This document shows, one piece after another, positions 28,276 through 38,817 of a DNA stretch of 64,000 bases. Location of the stretch: positions 1-64,000 of the forward strand of contig JBFWOZ010000014.1 of NCBI GenBank assembly GCA_050250255.1. Reading direction: 5' to 3'. The DNA comes from Bdellovibrionales bacterium (GTDB lineage Bacteria > Bdellovibrionota > Bdellovibrionia > Bdellovibrionales > DASUEL01). The translations under genes were made by a program, and so were the position numbers. The notes below the pieces were generated by a model that had not been told where the DNA came from, ran no database searches, and was given only the letters and a program-made list of their open reading frames with translations. Numbering within the stretch: position 1 is the first letter of the stretch; every line of letters begins with the position of its first letter.

Positions 28276-29270
28276 TCAGAGCCAATGAGCATTTCTCTTC
28301 GCCCCGGTAAAGCCTGAGGCTGATTCATCACAAGTTCCGCAGACATCGTCCGTACATTTCCGGCCGTTAAAATATAATCAATTCTTCGCGGTTTATGATC
28401 AGTTTTTCGGTAAAGCTTTTCTAAATGAGAGCTTCCATAATTTGAAATTGGCGGATTGAGCTTTTGCGTCCAAAAATGATTTTCTTCATTTTTCTCGTGA
28501 TTCCAAGTTAAAAAAGTGGAGTTGGCAGAAGGAACGACATCGCGAAAACTTTGCTCTTTAAAAGCTGTTAAAAGTTCAGAATGTGGAAGATCATTCAAAT
28601 CCCCACACAACAAAATCACTTGGTATTTGCTTCGAATTTCACGTATCGCTTGAAGAAGGGCCTCACCCTCCTGGAGACGTCGTGCTCGGCCTCGCTCAAG
28701 AGCTTTTTGAAAGTAAGTACTCTGCCACTGTTGCACCTTTCCGGTATCAACAAGCTGTTTGAGCTCAGAGGAAATCTCGTCATCCAAAACCGGTGCATGG
28801 TGCAAATGGGTATTGATCAAAAGTCCAAGGCCCGTTGGAAACTGAATTTCTGCAAAAAGAGCGTAACGAAATTCTGAATATTGAAAGCTAAACCAATCAT
28901 GAAGCAGCCCAACTCCTCCGCTAAGTTTTACACCTGATAGTTTTTTAATCTCAAAACGTCTCTTCGCTAGAATCGTTAAACCCGTTGAGAGATTAAAAGG
29001 AATACCTCGCCCTGCGAGCTTTATCCCACCCTGGTCTAACTGATGAACTTCGTCCATTTCAAGGTACTCGGCAAACTCTTGAGAATAGTCTTGAAGAGGA
29101 CAAACCTCTTGGAGAAAAAGAATATCTGCGTCCTTTTTCTTCAATTCCTGTAACTGCAAATCATGTCGCAGCTGTTTTCGTCCCGCGGGCTCAAGGCTTC
29201 CAAATTCGAGGGTGCCTTTTCCGTTAAGTCCGTGCCAAGTATTGTAAGTAATAACTTTGAGATGACTCAT
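28236..29270 (-). CDS. Endonuclease/exonuclease/phosphatase (EEP) family protein
   Basis: TYN, DILFLQE, NTHL, GDLN, RIDYI and SDH motifs. Confidence 0.9.
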   Translation of the reverse strand: MSHLKVITYNTWHGLNGKGTLEFGSLEPAGRKQLRHDLQLQELKKKDADILFLQEVCPLQDYSQEFAEYLEMDEVHQLDQGGIKLAGRGIPFNLSTGLTILAKRRFEIKKLSGVKLSGGVGLLHDWFSFQYSEFRYALFAEIQFPTGLGLLINTHLHHAPVLDDEISSELKQLVDTGKVQQWQSTYFQKALERGRARRLQEGEALLQAIREIRSKYQVILLCGDLNDLPHSELLTAFKEQSFRDVVPSANSTFLTWNHEKNEENHFWTQKLNPPISNYGSSHLEKLYRKTDHKPRRIDYILTAGNVRTMSAELVMNQPQALPGRREMLIGSDHFGMQAELELQF

Positions 29271-29272
29271 AA

Positions 29273-30121
29273 CTAAAAGGTATAAATTTTAATGTTTTTG
29301 AGCGAGTCATCAGAAATGAGTTCGCGGCCATCAATGTAATAAGGGCCGCTTCCCTTTTCGATTCTTTTCTGTAGTTCCAGCATGGCATGTTTATCCGAAG
29401 AAGGAATCGTTATATTTGTAGACTGATAATTGGGCCGTGGCCCCACTTGATCTTCGAGGTATTCTTTCCAATAGCGGGCTTCAATATCTACGAGATACGT
29501 AATCGTTTCTGCGTAGTCATGAATCAAGTTGTAAGCCGACTTAATCTGAAAATTTCCATAGTTTGTATGGACTTTTAAAGCGGGACTTCCCCATTGGGTC
29601 ATTCCGTAAAGCTGAGAAACATTAAAATACCAAAGTGCATAAGCTTTAGTAAGAAACCCGAGCGAAGACCAACGATCTTTTTTCTCCAGGATGCTGCTCA
29701 CGGAACATAAGTTATGAGCGACCCAATGATCTTTCTCAGCGGTCGGGATGCAGATAAAAAGTGAAATCGGCGTCCATTCAAGTTGATCATTTAACGGCAA
29801 CACTTTCTTAATGCTGCTCGGAATCGCCTTGGTCCTCATCGCAAAGCCACTCACAATTCCAGGCATCAGAGAGCAGTCGTAAAAGGCCCAGCGCGGAAGA
29901 ATCATTCCGCTGGCTTGAAAAGCCCGATTCTCGAGCGCCAGAATTTGTGTTGCAAAATCGGCTTGTGTCGTTAAAAAAGGGTCTTTCAGCAAAGGAGCAT
30001 GCGGAAATGAAAACTGATGAAGTGTCCCCGGGTTATGCGGAAGATTGGCGGGCCTTACAAAGACATAGGGTCGTATGTCTTCACTTTCTAGCCACTCTTT
30101 GTAGTTGTCTGTAAATGCCAC
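29273..30121 (-). CDS. Hypothetical protein (282 aa)
   Basis: Long ORF with a GTG start, co-oriented between fumC and the EEP gene with short spacers. Confidence 0.75.
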   Translation of the reverse strand: MAFTDNYKEWLESEDIRPYVFVRPANLPHNPGTLHQFSFPHAPLLKDPFLTTQADFATQILALENRAFQASGMILPRWAFYDCSLMPGIVSGFAMRTKAIPSSIKKVLPLNDQLEWTPISLFICIPTAEKDHWVAHNLCSVSSILEKKDRWSSLGFLTKAYALWYFNVSQLYGMTQWGSPALKVHTNYGNFQIKSAYNLIHDYAETITYLVDIEARYWKEYLEDQVGPRPNYQSTNITIPSSDKHAMLELQKRIEKGSGPYYIDGRELISDDSLKNIKIYTF

Positions 30122-30147
30122 CGCAAATGCCTCATTGTTCTTCGAGT

Positions 30148-31539
30148 TTATTTTCCGTCAGGACCAATCATCTTTGCTGGTTGAACCACTTGATCAAAAG
30201 TAGCCGTATCGAGAATTTTTAATTCTTGTGCTGCTTGCTTCAGAGTGATGTCTTTTTCCAGAGCATATTTAGCAATCTTGGCAGCATTGTCGTACCCGAT
30301 ATGGGAGTTCAAAGCCGTGACGAGCATCAGAGATTTATTCAAATATTCGGAAACCTTTTTTTCATTCACTTTCATTCCGTCTACACAGTTTTCGGCAAAA
30401 CTTTCGCAAGAATCTGCTAAAAGACGAATTGAGTTGAGAACGTTAAAAATTATCACCGGCTTAAAAACATTCAGTTCAAAATGTCCGTTGCTCCCACCTA
30501 CAGTCACCGCCACATGATTCCCCATCACTTGCGCGCAGACCATCGTCATGGCTTCACTCTGTGTGGGATTCACTTTTCCTGGCATGATCGAGCTTCCAGG
30601 CTCGTTCGCGGGTAAAATCAATTCTGAAAGTCCACATTGAGGCCCGCTCCCGAGCAAACGAATGTCATTGGCAATTTTCATGAGCGAACACGCAATCACA
30701 TTCATAGCCCCGCTTAATTCCACCAGAGCATCGTGAGTTGCGAGAGCCTCAAACTTATTGGGAGCAGAAACAAAAGGGAGGCCCGTCTCTTTAGCAATAA
30801 ATTGCGCGGCTTTTTCTGCAAATTGTGGATGTGTATTAAGGCCCGTTCCTACGGCTGTGCCTCCCAGAGCAAGTTGGTAAACGTGGACAAGAGCCGTTTT
30901 CAAACGCACTTGCGACCTTTGAAGCTGAGTCACGTAACCAGAAAACTCCTGACCAAAAGTAAGAGGAACCGCATCCATCAAATGAGTGCGTCCAATTTTA
31001 ATAATAGAACTGAATTCATTCTGTTTTTTTGTAAACGAAGCTTCGAGCTGAGCAAGTGCCGGAAGCAACCGCTTATGTACTTGCTCAGCCGCCGCTATAT
31101 GCATGGCTGTAGGAAACGTGTCGTTACTCGATTGAGCTTTGTTGACGTCATCGTTTGGGTGAAGGCCTTTTGCCCCCATTTTTTCGCCCATTAACTCTAA
31201 TCCACGATTGGCAATCACTTCGTTCGTATTCATGTTGGTTTGAGTGCCGCTGCCCGTTTGCCAGACAACGAGTGGAAAATGCTCATCGAGCTTACCTTCA
31301 ATCACTTCTTTTGCCGCCTGTACGATAAACTTTTGTTTTTTCTCGTCGAGTAAACCTAATTGATGATTGGTTTCGGCCGCTGCTTTTTTCAAAATGCCAA
31401 GAGCACGAATCATTTCGCGAGGGAATCGATCTCCCCCGATTTTGAAATTCTGAAGAGATCTCTGCGTCTGTGCTCCCCAATAGCGGTCTGCAGGAACTTG
31501 AATTTCTCCCATGCTGTCTTTCTCAATACGATGACTCAT
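30148..31539 (-). CDS. fumC: Class II fumarate hydratase
   Basis: [31 protein letters not shown] and [14 protein letters not shown] motifs. Confidence 0.97.
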   Translation of the reverse strand: MSHRIEKDSMGEIQVPADRYWGAQTQRSLQNFKIGGDRFPREMIRALGILKKAAAETNHQLGLLDEKKQKFIVQAAKEVIEGKLDEHFPLVVWQTGSGTQTNMNTNEVIANRGLELMGEKMGAKGLHPNDDVNKAQSSNDTFPTAMHIAAAEQVHKRLLPALAQLEASFTKKQNEFSSIIKIGRTHLMDAVPLTFGQEFSGYVTQLQRSQVRLKTALVHVYQLALGGTAVGTGLNTHPQFAEKAAQFIAKETGLPFVSAPNKFEALATHDALVELSGAMNVIACSLMKIANDIRLLGSGPQCGLSELILPANEPGSSIMPGKVNPTQSEAMTMVCAQVMGNHVAVTVGGSNGHFELNVFKPVIIFNVLNSIRLLADSCESFAENCVDGMKVNEKKVSEYLNKSLMLVTALNSHIGYDNAAKIAKYALEKDITLKQAAQELKILDTATFDQVVQPAKMIGPDGK

Positions 31540-31569
31540 GTCTTCGGCCCTCCCTCTTCATTCTTTAAA

Positions 31570-32337
31570 TTAGCGTCGATAAACTTGTTGAATGGACACT
31601 TGGTCCGTTGGAAATATCACTAGCTCTTGAATGTTCACATGTGCTGGTCTTTGCACGCTCCATAAAATACTTTCGGCAATGTCCACCGGAGTTAAAGGAT
31701 TCATGCCCTTGTAAACCGCCTTGGCTCTTTCTGCATCACCGAGTCTCACCGCGGAAAATTCGGTTTCCACCATTCCTGGCTCGATATTGGTCACTCGTAA
31801 AGGTGTACCAAAGAGATCCATACGCAATGATTCACTGATGGCACGAACCGCAAATTTCGTCGCACAATAAACCGCGCCCTTCGGATAACTCCATCGACCC
31901 GCAACAGATCCGACATTGACGATATGTCCTCGTTGATTTTCAATCATAGAAGGAATTAAGAGTCTCGTGAGATAAAGAAGACCCTTCATATTCGTATCGA
32001 TCATCTCATCCCAGTCATCAAGCTTCGCTTCTTGGAAATTCTCCAACCCTTTTGCAAGGCCTGCGTTGTTAACGAGCAAGTCGATTTTTTTCAGAAGTGA
32101 AAGATTTTGTTGCACGAAACTTTCACATTGAACACGATCCGAGATGTCGAGTTCGAAGGTTTCCACTTCAGCCTCATATTTTTTTTGAAGCTCTGATTGG
32201 ATTTGTTGAAGGCGTTCTTTTCGACGTCCTACTAAAATAAGTGGAGTTTTTTCGGCAGCAAAAACATGGGCGGTCGCAAGTCCGATTCCGGCAGTCGCTC
32301 CAGTGATAAAAGCACATTTTGGTACAAACTTTGACAT
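31570..32337 (-). CDS. SDR oxidoreductase (YdfG-like, NADP-dependent)
   Basis: TGATAGIG, NNAG, YCATK, EPGMVETEFS and P.HVNI motifs. Confidence 0.9.
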   Translation of the reverse strand: MSKFVPKCAFITGATAGIGLATAHVFAAEKTPLILVGRRKERLQQIQSELQKKYEAEVETFELDISDRVQCESFVQQNLSLLKKIDLLVNNAGLAKGLENFQEAKLDDWDEMIDTNMKGLLYLTRLLIPSMIENQRGHIVNVGSVAGRWSYPKGAVYCATKFAVRAISESLRMDLFGTPLRVTNIEPGMVETEFSAVRLGDAERAKAVYKGMNPLTPVDIAESILWSVQRPAHVNIQELVIFPTDQVSIQQVYRR

Positions 32338-32488
32338 GGCAAAAGCTTAGAACCCATCTCATAATTTGGCAAGGTCCGACGATTCTGAATCACTTCAACG
32401 CCGCGGCACGAGGGAGGAGAGGTTGGGATAACGCCCGCCTTGCCTTAGCCCCTCTCCTTACGTAGGATGACTCTTTTAAGAGGGCAAA

Positions 32489-32947
32489 ATGAAATTTTGG
32501 CTTATGAAATCAGAACCCGAAAGCTACTCCATCGATCAATTAGCGAAGGACCGTGAGACCCTTTGGGAAGGCGTTCGAAACTATCAAGCACGTAATTTCA
32601 TGCAAAAAGAGATGGAAAAGGGAGACCAGATCCTCTTTTATCACTCTAACGCCTCTCCCTCTGCCGTCGTAGGTTTGATGGAAGTCTCAGGCGACGCCGT
32701 TCCCGACCCCTCGGCAACTAGCACCAAAAGTCTTTTTTTTGATCCCAAATCCACAAAAGAAAAACCTATTTGGTACTGCGTAAAAGTAAAATTTAAGAAA
32801 AAATTTAAAAACTCCCTCTCTCTTAAAGGTTTAAAAAAAGAAAAAACTCTTAAAAACATGGTACTCCTGCAAAAAGGCTCCAGGCTTTCCGTACAGCCCG
32901 TGACGAAGGGCGAATTCGAAACGATTTGCAAGTTGGCCGATAAATAA
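32489..32947 (+). CDS. EVE-domain protein
   Basis: WLMKSEP, WEGVRNYQARN, GD...FYHS and SRLSVQPV motifs. Confidence 0.93.
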   Translation: MKFWLMKSEPESYSIDQLAKDRETLWEGVRNYQARNFMQKEMEKGDQILFYHSNASPSAVVGLMEVSGDAVPDPSATSTKSLFFDPKSTKEKPIWYCVKVKFKKKFKNSLSLKGLKKEKTLKNMVLLQKGSRLSVQPVTKGEFETICKLADK

Positions 32948-32958
32948 AGGACTTCTCT

Positions 32959-33213
32959 ATGGCAAAAGTTGTTATTTACTCAAAAAATTATTGTCCTTTT
33001 TGTGTGAAGGCAAAAAATCTTCTTCAAAAAAAAAATGTCCCTTTTGAGGAGATCAATCTCGAGGACAAACCTGCTGAACTCCAAGCCTTAAAAGATCGCA
33101 CCGGCTTACGTACGGTTCCGCAGATTTTTATTAACGATGAGCTTATTGGTGGATTCTCGGAACTGTCGGCATTAGATTCTACGGGGGAATTAGATCCGCT
33201 GCTCGCAAAGTAA
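32959..33213 (+). CDS. grxC: Glutaredoxin 3
   Basis: CPFC active site, TVPQIFI and IGG motifs. Confidence 0.92.
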   Translation: MAKVVIYSKNYCPFCVKAKNLLQKKNVPFEEINLEDKPAELQALKDRTGLRTVPQIFINDELIGGFSELSALDSTGELDPLLAK

Positions 33214-33377
33214 ATACCTCCCGCCCATCCCTGGTTGGGCAACTGCAAAACTTAAAAAAATTGTGATCAACCCAATTCATTCGACTCCGCTGCGGAGGCA
33301 GTGGTGCATCAAAATTCGGTGTGTGTAAAAAACCTGGCATAATGCTGGTCATATTCATCACGACGAGTCCGCCAATA

Positions 33378-34490
33378 CTAACTGCGTAAATCCGTTCGCT
33401 CCGCCATCATTTGCGGAGCCGCAAAGAACTGCAGCAAGAAGCTTTCAATCTCCGCAAAGTTTTTAGATTTCATCATACCGGCCATGAGTGTATGACCAAA
33501 CTGCAACCACGGAGAACCGGTTCTTACAAAAAAACGAAACTGTCTTAAAGCTAAATCTTGATTTTCTTCCCCAGCAAAAAGCGACGCCATCTGCAAAAGC
33601 ATGCGTCCATACTCAGCACCTTCTTCGAGAGAATTTCGCGGTGCTAAACCCAATCTTCCAGAAGGTGCAGACAAACCCATGCGCTCACCCACTTGCCAAA
33701 AAAGCCACGGTCTTGCTGTCATCGCACGTCCCACCATTACGGCGTCACACTGGGTCTCTTGCCACATTTCGAGTGCGTCTTCCGCGATTTGCACATCCCC
33801 GTTTCCAATGATGGGAATACCAACACGATCCCGTATCCAACCTACTTGTTCCCACTGCGCTTCACCCTTACGCTTTTGCACAGCCATTCGTGGGTGGAGC
33901 GTAATCCACGAAGCGCCGGCCGCTTCGAGCGCCTTAATAAATTTTAGAAGAAATTCCTGATCCCCATAAAGACCCGATCGTAATTTCACCGACACCGGCA
34001 CTTGCGAGTGACGAACCGTCATGCGCACGACCTCTGAAGCGTATTCGATATCTCCCATGAGAGCGACACCGTAGTTATGCTTTAGGGCCTTTTTCACTGG
34101 ACAACCCATGTTGATGTCGATGCCTTCCGCACCCCACTCTACTAATTTTGCAACAGATTCGCGAATGGGAGTCTCTTCATTGCCCAAAATCTGTGGGACG
34201 AGGCCTACTTCATCTAAATTTTTTCGTGTCTCAGGAGTCAAAGCAAAGTTCTCACTGGGAAGTCTTCGGCTATTGAGCATCTCGGTTGGCCAAATGGTAT
34301 AGGCACCTTCAGGCAAATAACTTCGGACAATGGTCCTGAAATGCACGTGAGAGAGCCCTACCATAGGTGCTAAACACAAAGGAAAGTCCACTCGACCATT
34401 CAAAATGGGACGTTTCACTGAATGTAGAAAAGCTTCCCAGCTCCTTGTTTTCAATGGGATATTTAAAGAAGTTGTAGAATGACTCAACAT
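33378..34490 (-). CDS. tRNA-dihydrouridine synthase family protein
   Basis: LAPMVG, IDINMGCP, PVSVKLR, HPR, GNGD and VMVGR...PW motifs. Start uncertain (34490-34517). Confidence 0.9.
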   Translation of the reverse strand: MLSHSTTSLNIPLKTRSWEAFLHSVKRPILNGRVDFPLCLAPMVGLSHVHFRTIVRSYLPEGAYTIWPTEMLNSRRLPSENFALTPETRKNLDEVGLVPQILGNEETPIRESVAKLVEWGAEGIDINMGCPVKKALKHNYGVALMGDIEYASEVVRMTVRHSQVPVSVKLRSGLYGDQEFLLKFIKALEAAGASWITLHPRMAVQKRKGEAQWEQVGWIRDRVGIPIIGNGDVQIAEDALEMWQETQCDAVMVGRAMTARPWLFWQVGERMGLSAPSGRLGLAPRNSLEEGAEYGRMLLQMASLFAGEENQDLALRQFRFFVRTGSPWLQFGHTLMAGMMKSKNFAEIESFLLQFFAAPQMMAERTDLRS

Positions 34491-34591
34491 TTCCATCCCC
34501 TCATTTATGTCAAACAAACCCTAAAAAATAAACGTCTATTTACCGAACTAGAGTGAGAGATAAAGACATCCATGTTTTGAGGAGAATTCAT

Positions 34592-35005
34592 ATGTCCGAA
34601 GCTGTTGAGACCGTAGTTGTTGCAGAAGACTCAGCCCCTAATCGCTCTATTCTATGCCACTTGTTGAAAAAACTCGGCTATGAAGTTTTGGAGGCGGAAG
34701 ATGGCCAAAAGGCTCTTGAAATGCTGAAAGAGAATATGGCTAGTAAAAAGATCGTGGCGATTTTTTCAGATATCATGATGCCAAACATGGATGGGATAAC
34801 GTTTCTAAAAACCATCCGTGCTGATGAACAAACAAAAGATATGCCTTTTATTTTTATTACTGCCGTTTCAGATAAGGATAATATCATTCAAGCGAAAGCC
34901 TTGAACGTGAATGGGTACATTTTAAAGCCCGTGACTTTTCAGCGAGTGCTTTCGAAGCTACAAGAACTTTTTCCAGCGAAGACGTATCCAAAATTGGCCG
35001 TTTAA
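34592..35005 (+). CDS. Single-domain CheY-like response regulator
   Basis: AED, SDIMMPNMDG (phospho-Asp), FITA and YILKP motifs; GAGGAG RBS. Confidence 0.92.
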   Translation: MSEAVETVVVAEDSAPNRSILCHLLKKLGYEVLEAEDGQKALEMLKENMASKKIVAIFSDIMMPNMDGITFLKTIRADEQTKDMPFIFITAVSDKDNIIQAKALNVNGYILKPVTFQRVLSKLQELFPAKTYPKLAV

Positions 35006-35023
35006 TGATATCGGAGCTGTTTC

Positions 35024-35917
35024 ATGAACCTTTCAGCCATTCATCCTGATAAAGATTATCGAAATTTGGCTGCTAAACTAGATGAGCTTCCAACTCTTCC
35101 TAGTATCGTTTACGAACTCGGACAACTTATCAATGATCCCATGACCTCCACCACCGAAATTGAACTGGTGATGGAGAAAGATCAAAGTTTAACTGCGAAG
35201 GTTTTAAGACTGATCAATTCGGCCTATTACGCTATACCGGGCGGAGTGACCTCTCTGTCACGCGCTATCGGTTATTTGGGATTTGATATCGTTAACCAAC
35301 TTGTTCTCTCGACGACGATCTTAAAAGCTCTCGAAGTAAAAAGCCCTGCTCGTTTCGATTTTCAAAAGTTTTGGCAACACACCGTAGGTGTGGCCATTGC
35401 TTCCGAGACCATTGCGAAACAACTCAATCATAAAACACCTTCAGATCTTTTTACGGCAGGCCTCGTCCATGACATTGGGAAAGTGGCTACGTACTTTATC
35501 GATGCCGATGCTTTCATCAACATCACCCGACATGCCGTCGACAATCGAATGTCGATGAGTGAAACTGAAGCCATGCTTCAAGTTCCTCGACATGAACTCA
35601 TTGGGCAAATGCTCGCAAAAAGATGGAACTTACCACCGGTGATTCAATTTCCAATTCTTTATCATCATGAGCCGGACCTGGCAAACCGACAAGGTGCCAC
35701 ACCAGACTTAAATAAAAACATAGATATCGTTTTGCTTGCGAATCTCATTATTCACGCTCTTGATTTTGGACATTCAGGCCACGACAAAAAACAAGGAGCA
35801 CCTAAAAAAGTCTTAGAACGACTTGGCATCAAAGAAACGGATTTCCCGATCGTTGTTGAGAATGTTCGCCAATCCCTTACAAGCGCTGAGAGTTTTTTGC
35901 GTTTACTGACGGAGTAA
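35024..35917 (+). CDS. HDOD-domain protein
   Basis: LPTLP, D..LTAKVLRLINSAYY, FWQH, AGLVHDIGK, WNLP and HH motifs. Confidence 0.92.
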   Translation: MNLSAIHPDKDYRNLAAKLDELPTLPSIVYELGQLINDPMTSTTEIELVMEKDQSLTAKVLRLINSAYYAIPGGVTSLSRAIGYLGFDIVNQLVLSTTILKALEVKSPARFDFQKFWQHTVGVAIASETIAKQLNHKTPSDLFTAGLVHDIGKVATYFIDADAFINITRHAVDNRMSMSETEAMLQVPRHELIGQMLAKRWNLPPVIQFPILYHHEPDLANRQGATPDLNKNIDIVLLANLIIHALDFGHSGHDKKQGAPKKVLERLGIKETDFPIVVENVRQSLTSAESFLRLLTE

Positions 35918-35918
35918 T

Positions 35919-37109
35919 ATGCCACTTCCCCACCATCTCTATAGAAAGATCGCTGACGACTCAATGATCGGTCTCGCTATTTTTCAAGCCGATAATAACG
36001 AGGGTGTCTATCTCAACACTATGGCACGAACCATCTTTGAATTTTTCGATGCCGACGTTTCTGCTTTAAAACTTAACCAATTATATACGAATAACGTAAA
36101 ATCTCCCTTTCGCGATTTCACAGTGGACCTTTTAGAAAATGAAGGCCTTATCGAAGACGTCATGCTTCGCAAATCAAATGGTGCGACTTTCATCGCCACC
36201 CTTGAAGTTAAACGTATGCACGAAAAAAACGATGACTATGTCATGATCATGCTTCAGGACGTCACCTTTCAAAAGAAACTACAAAGAGAAGTCCATATTA
36301 AGCAACATGAGCTTAAAAAAACATATTCTGAAATCTTAGACCAAAACTCGGCTTTAAAAAGTTTGGACAAAGCCAAAAACAAATTTATCGCTCTTATTAC
36401 TCATGAACTTCGCACTCCCCTCTCGGCCATTATTGCCACCGCAGAGTTCTTGAATCTCAAATTTTACGAGAACGAAAAGCAGTTGGAAGAGTATATTGGC
36501 ACCATCGTTACTGAGGGTCATCATCTTCTCGCCATTGTGAATGACATTTTGGATTTTTCAAAAATACAAACCGGAAAAATGGATTTCTTTTTAGAAAAGC
36601 TCGATCCCTCAACTTTTGTTCAAACACAAATCGGTTCACTCCAAAAAATGGCCGAAAGTAATAATGTTCAGCTCATACTCGAGGCTCCGCAAGGTGATAC
36701 GAATTGTTATTTTGATCCTCTAAGATTTAATCAAGTTATCAATAACGTCATGAGTAACGCCATCAAATTTAATAAAAAAAATGGACACGTTCACATTCGT
36801 GTGTTGGATCAAAACGAAATGGTGCAAGTTGTTGTTGCAGATGAAGGTGCCGGAATTCCTAAAAAATTCACCAACAAAGTTTTTGATGAATTTGAAACAC
36901 TTGAAAACATCAAATCCCATCATAAAGGTACGGGATTGGGAATGCCTATTTCTAAAAAGTTGATTGAAGGCATGGGTGGAACAATTCATTTTACTTCTGA
37001 AGAAGGGGTAGGTACCACCTTCTTCATCAGTATCCCCAAAGGGAAAATTTTAAACGCAGATCTTTATAAAAAGCGACCAGAACACAGCAGTGATCTCATC
37101 GCTTCCTAA
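35919..37109 (+). CDS. Cytoplasmic PAS-domain sensor histidine kinase
   Basis: H-box THELRTPL, N-box NVMSNAIKF, G1 DEGAGI and G2 GTGLGM; N-terminal PAS-like region. Confidence 0.92.
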   Translation: MPLPHHLYRKIADDSMIGLAIFQADNNEGVYLNTMARTIFEFFDADVSALKLNQLYTNNVKSPFRDFTVDLLENEGLIEDVMLRKSNGATFIATLEVKRMHEKNDDYVMIMLQDVTFQKKLQREVHIKQHELKKTYSEILDQNSALKSLDKAKNKFIALITHELRTPLSAIIATAEFLNLKFYENEKQLEEYIGTIVTEGHHLLAIVNDILDFSKIQTGKMDFFLEKLDPSTFVQTQIGSLQKMAESNNVQLILEAPQGDTNCYFDPLRFNQVINNVMSNAIKFNKKNGHVHIRVLDQNEMVQVVVADEGAGIPKKFTNKVFDEFETLENIKSHHKGTGLGMPISKKLIEGMGGTIHFTSEEGVGTTFFISIPKGKILNADLYKKRPEHSSDLIAS

Positions 37110-38674
37110 TTCAGTACAAATGTCGCTTCGTGAATAGTCCAGTCCTGATGCCCAGGTTTAATCACTTCAGGAGTGATAAAGGACGCACGAAGTTTCCAAG
37201 TTCCTTGATCTGTAGAACGAGCGCTCCACTTCGTCTGGTTTGTTAAATCTGTACGGAGCTGACCTCGTCCATCAAACCACTCTAGCTTTAAGCGTGTCGC
37301 TCCCACTGGAACAAGATTCGCCATCACCATTTTTTCAGGTGAAATTGTAATACTGTCGACGAGGCTGACTTCTTTTAAAAAGAAGCTCCACATATTCTCA
37401 ATACAAACCGGGCAAAAGCGGTGCGAGTGCATGTCTTTCATCAAACAGACACGGTCCGTTGGGCGATAGCCCACCATAGATCCACTTTCGTTATAAGTGG
37501 CAAAAGCCGCAACATCCATCGTGCCCACTGGATAGTCTGTAGGGAGAGCGTAAATCGCAAGTTTAGAAAGGATATTGTTCGTGTCCATCGCCTTGCGTGT
37601 GAATTTGACTGTGTGAGTCCCGGCTTTGAGCTCTTTGTAGACGATATAAAAGTTACGATCGTAATTAAAGTTTCCATCAAATTCGACTACAATGTTATCT
37701 ACGAACATCATCACATCGTTTTTCGTATCAAAACCGAGACTTGAAAAATCAAACATCACTTTCGAATCTTGGGTGAGAGTAAAACTTTGAACTAAGTCCG
37801 CATTCGTCAAACTCTTCCACGGAGCCGAGTAATGAAGCAGTGGCGAACGAAATGAGGGTGTAGGATTGGTCTTAAGCCAATGTTTCCACGAAACATTCAC
37901 ACTCGAACTGAAGTTTGCACCGTCGTAGACTTGCCCACCATCATACTCTTCACCCACTCGACCAAAATTATGACCTAGTTCGTGTCGAAGCACCGTCGTT
38001 AAATTGAGTGGAGCCGAAGTCGTGATCGCAAATTGCCCACCAAGACCACCGTAAAATGGATCATTGCCAAGGAGAATTGGATAATCGACATCGGGGGCAA
38101 GACGACTTGCGCGACTGGCGGCAAAACTATCCCCCGTCATCACGGCCTGCCTCACGGACGGATGTCGATAGAGTTTAATGGCCGTATTTTTTGGTCGACC
38201 ATCACCAATTCCTGATTCGACAGAAGGAACAAAAACAGCGTGCACATTAAAAAGAGCACGGTATGTGGCGAAAGTCTCTCTCGTAAAAAGATCTTCCGCG
38301 ATTTTCTGTGAGTCCTCAAAAAACTTTTGTTTTTCCGGTTCGGTGTAACCGTCAGAAACTATGGTGAGATCAATGCGGTTTTCGACAGGTCCTTGAGAGA
38401 TTAAGGTACGTACTTCTGATCCATACCATTCCAAAGTTTGAAGATCCCAAGGATTTACGGCACTACAATCTAGAAACATTCGAGAAACAGGGCCAATCGA
38501 CTGCTCCGCAATTTGTGAGTACCCCATACTCTTCCCACAAAGGCTCAAATCTCGAACCCCTCGGTAACCTAAAATACGACCTTCTTGATCTACAATTTTG
38601 GCTTTTACAACCGCTTCCTGGGCAATCACTGAAACGCAAAAAACACTCAAAAGACAAAGAATAAGAACCTTCAT
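37106..38674 (-). CDS. Secreted M64-family (IgA peptidase-like) metallopeptidase
   Basis: Signal peptide; NRIDL.IVSDGYT, HELGHNFG...EEY and C-terminal 'YRP...CLM......FCPVC' motifs. Confidence 0.85.
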   Translation of the reverse strand: MKVLILCLLSVFCVSVIAQEAVVKAKIVDQEGRILGYRGVRDLSLCGKSMGYSQIAEQSIGPVSRMFLDCSAVNPWDLQTLEWYGSEVRTLISQGPVENRIDLTIVSDGYTEPEKQKFFEDSQKIAEDLFTRETFATYRALFNVHAVFVPSVESGIGDGRPKNTAIKLYRHPSVRQAVMTGDSFAASRASRLAPDVDYPILLGNDPFYGGLGGQFAITTSAPLNLTTVLRHELGHNFGRVGEEYDGGQVYDGANFSSSVNVSWKHWLKTNPTPSFRSPLLHYSAPWKSLTNADLVQSFTLTQDSKVMFDFSSLGFDTKNDVMMFVDNIVVEFDGNFNYDRNFYIVYKELKAGTHTVKFTRKAMDTNNILSKLAIYALPTDYPVGTMDVAAFATYNESGSMVGYRPTDRVCLMKDMHSHRFCPVCIENMWSFFLKEVSLVDSITISPEKMVMANLVPVGATRLKLEWFDGRGQLRTDLTNQTKWSARSTDQGTWKLRASFITPEVIKPGHQDWTIHEATFVLN

Positions 38675-38817
38675 TGGATCCTCCTTAAAAAAGTATCATT
38701 GCGACCCTCAAATAACGTGTCAAAGCTTTCCTAGGGCGTCTTTCTATTTGATTCTGTAAGCTAAAATCAGTTACTCTCCTGACGTTTTCAGCATCACATA
38801 AAACTTATGGAGGCCCT

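Noticed and set aside
32415..32458. GC-rich hairpin (AGGAGAGG...CCTCTCCT) between the SDR and EVE genes as a riboswitch or ncRNA
   Set aside because: No recognisable riboswitch consensus, and its right half overlaps the likely TTGCCT-17-TAGGAT promoter of the EVE gene, so it is probably not transcribed with it.
33214..33377. 60-aa minus-strand ORF downstream of dus
   Set aside because: No RBS or motif, and it overlaps grxC antisense. It cannot be supported, although it may be a gene remnant.
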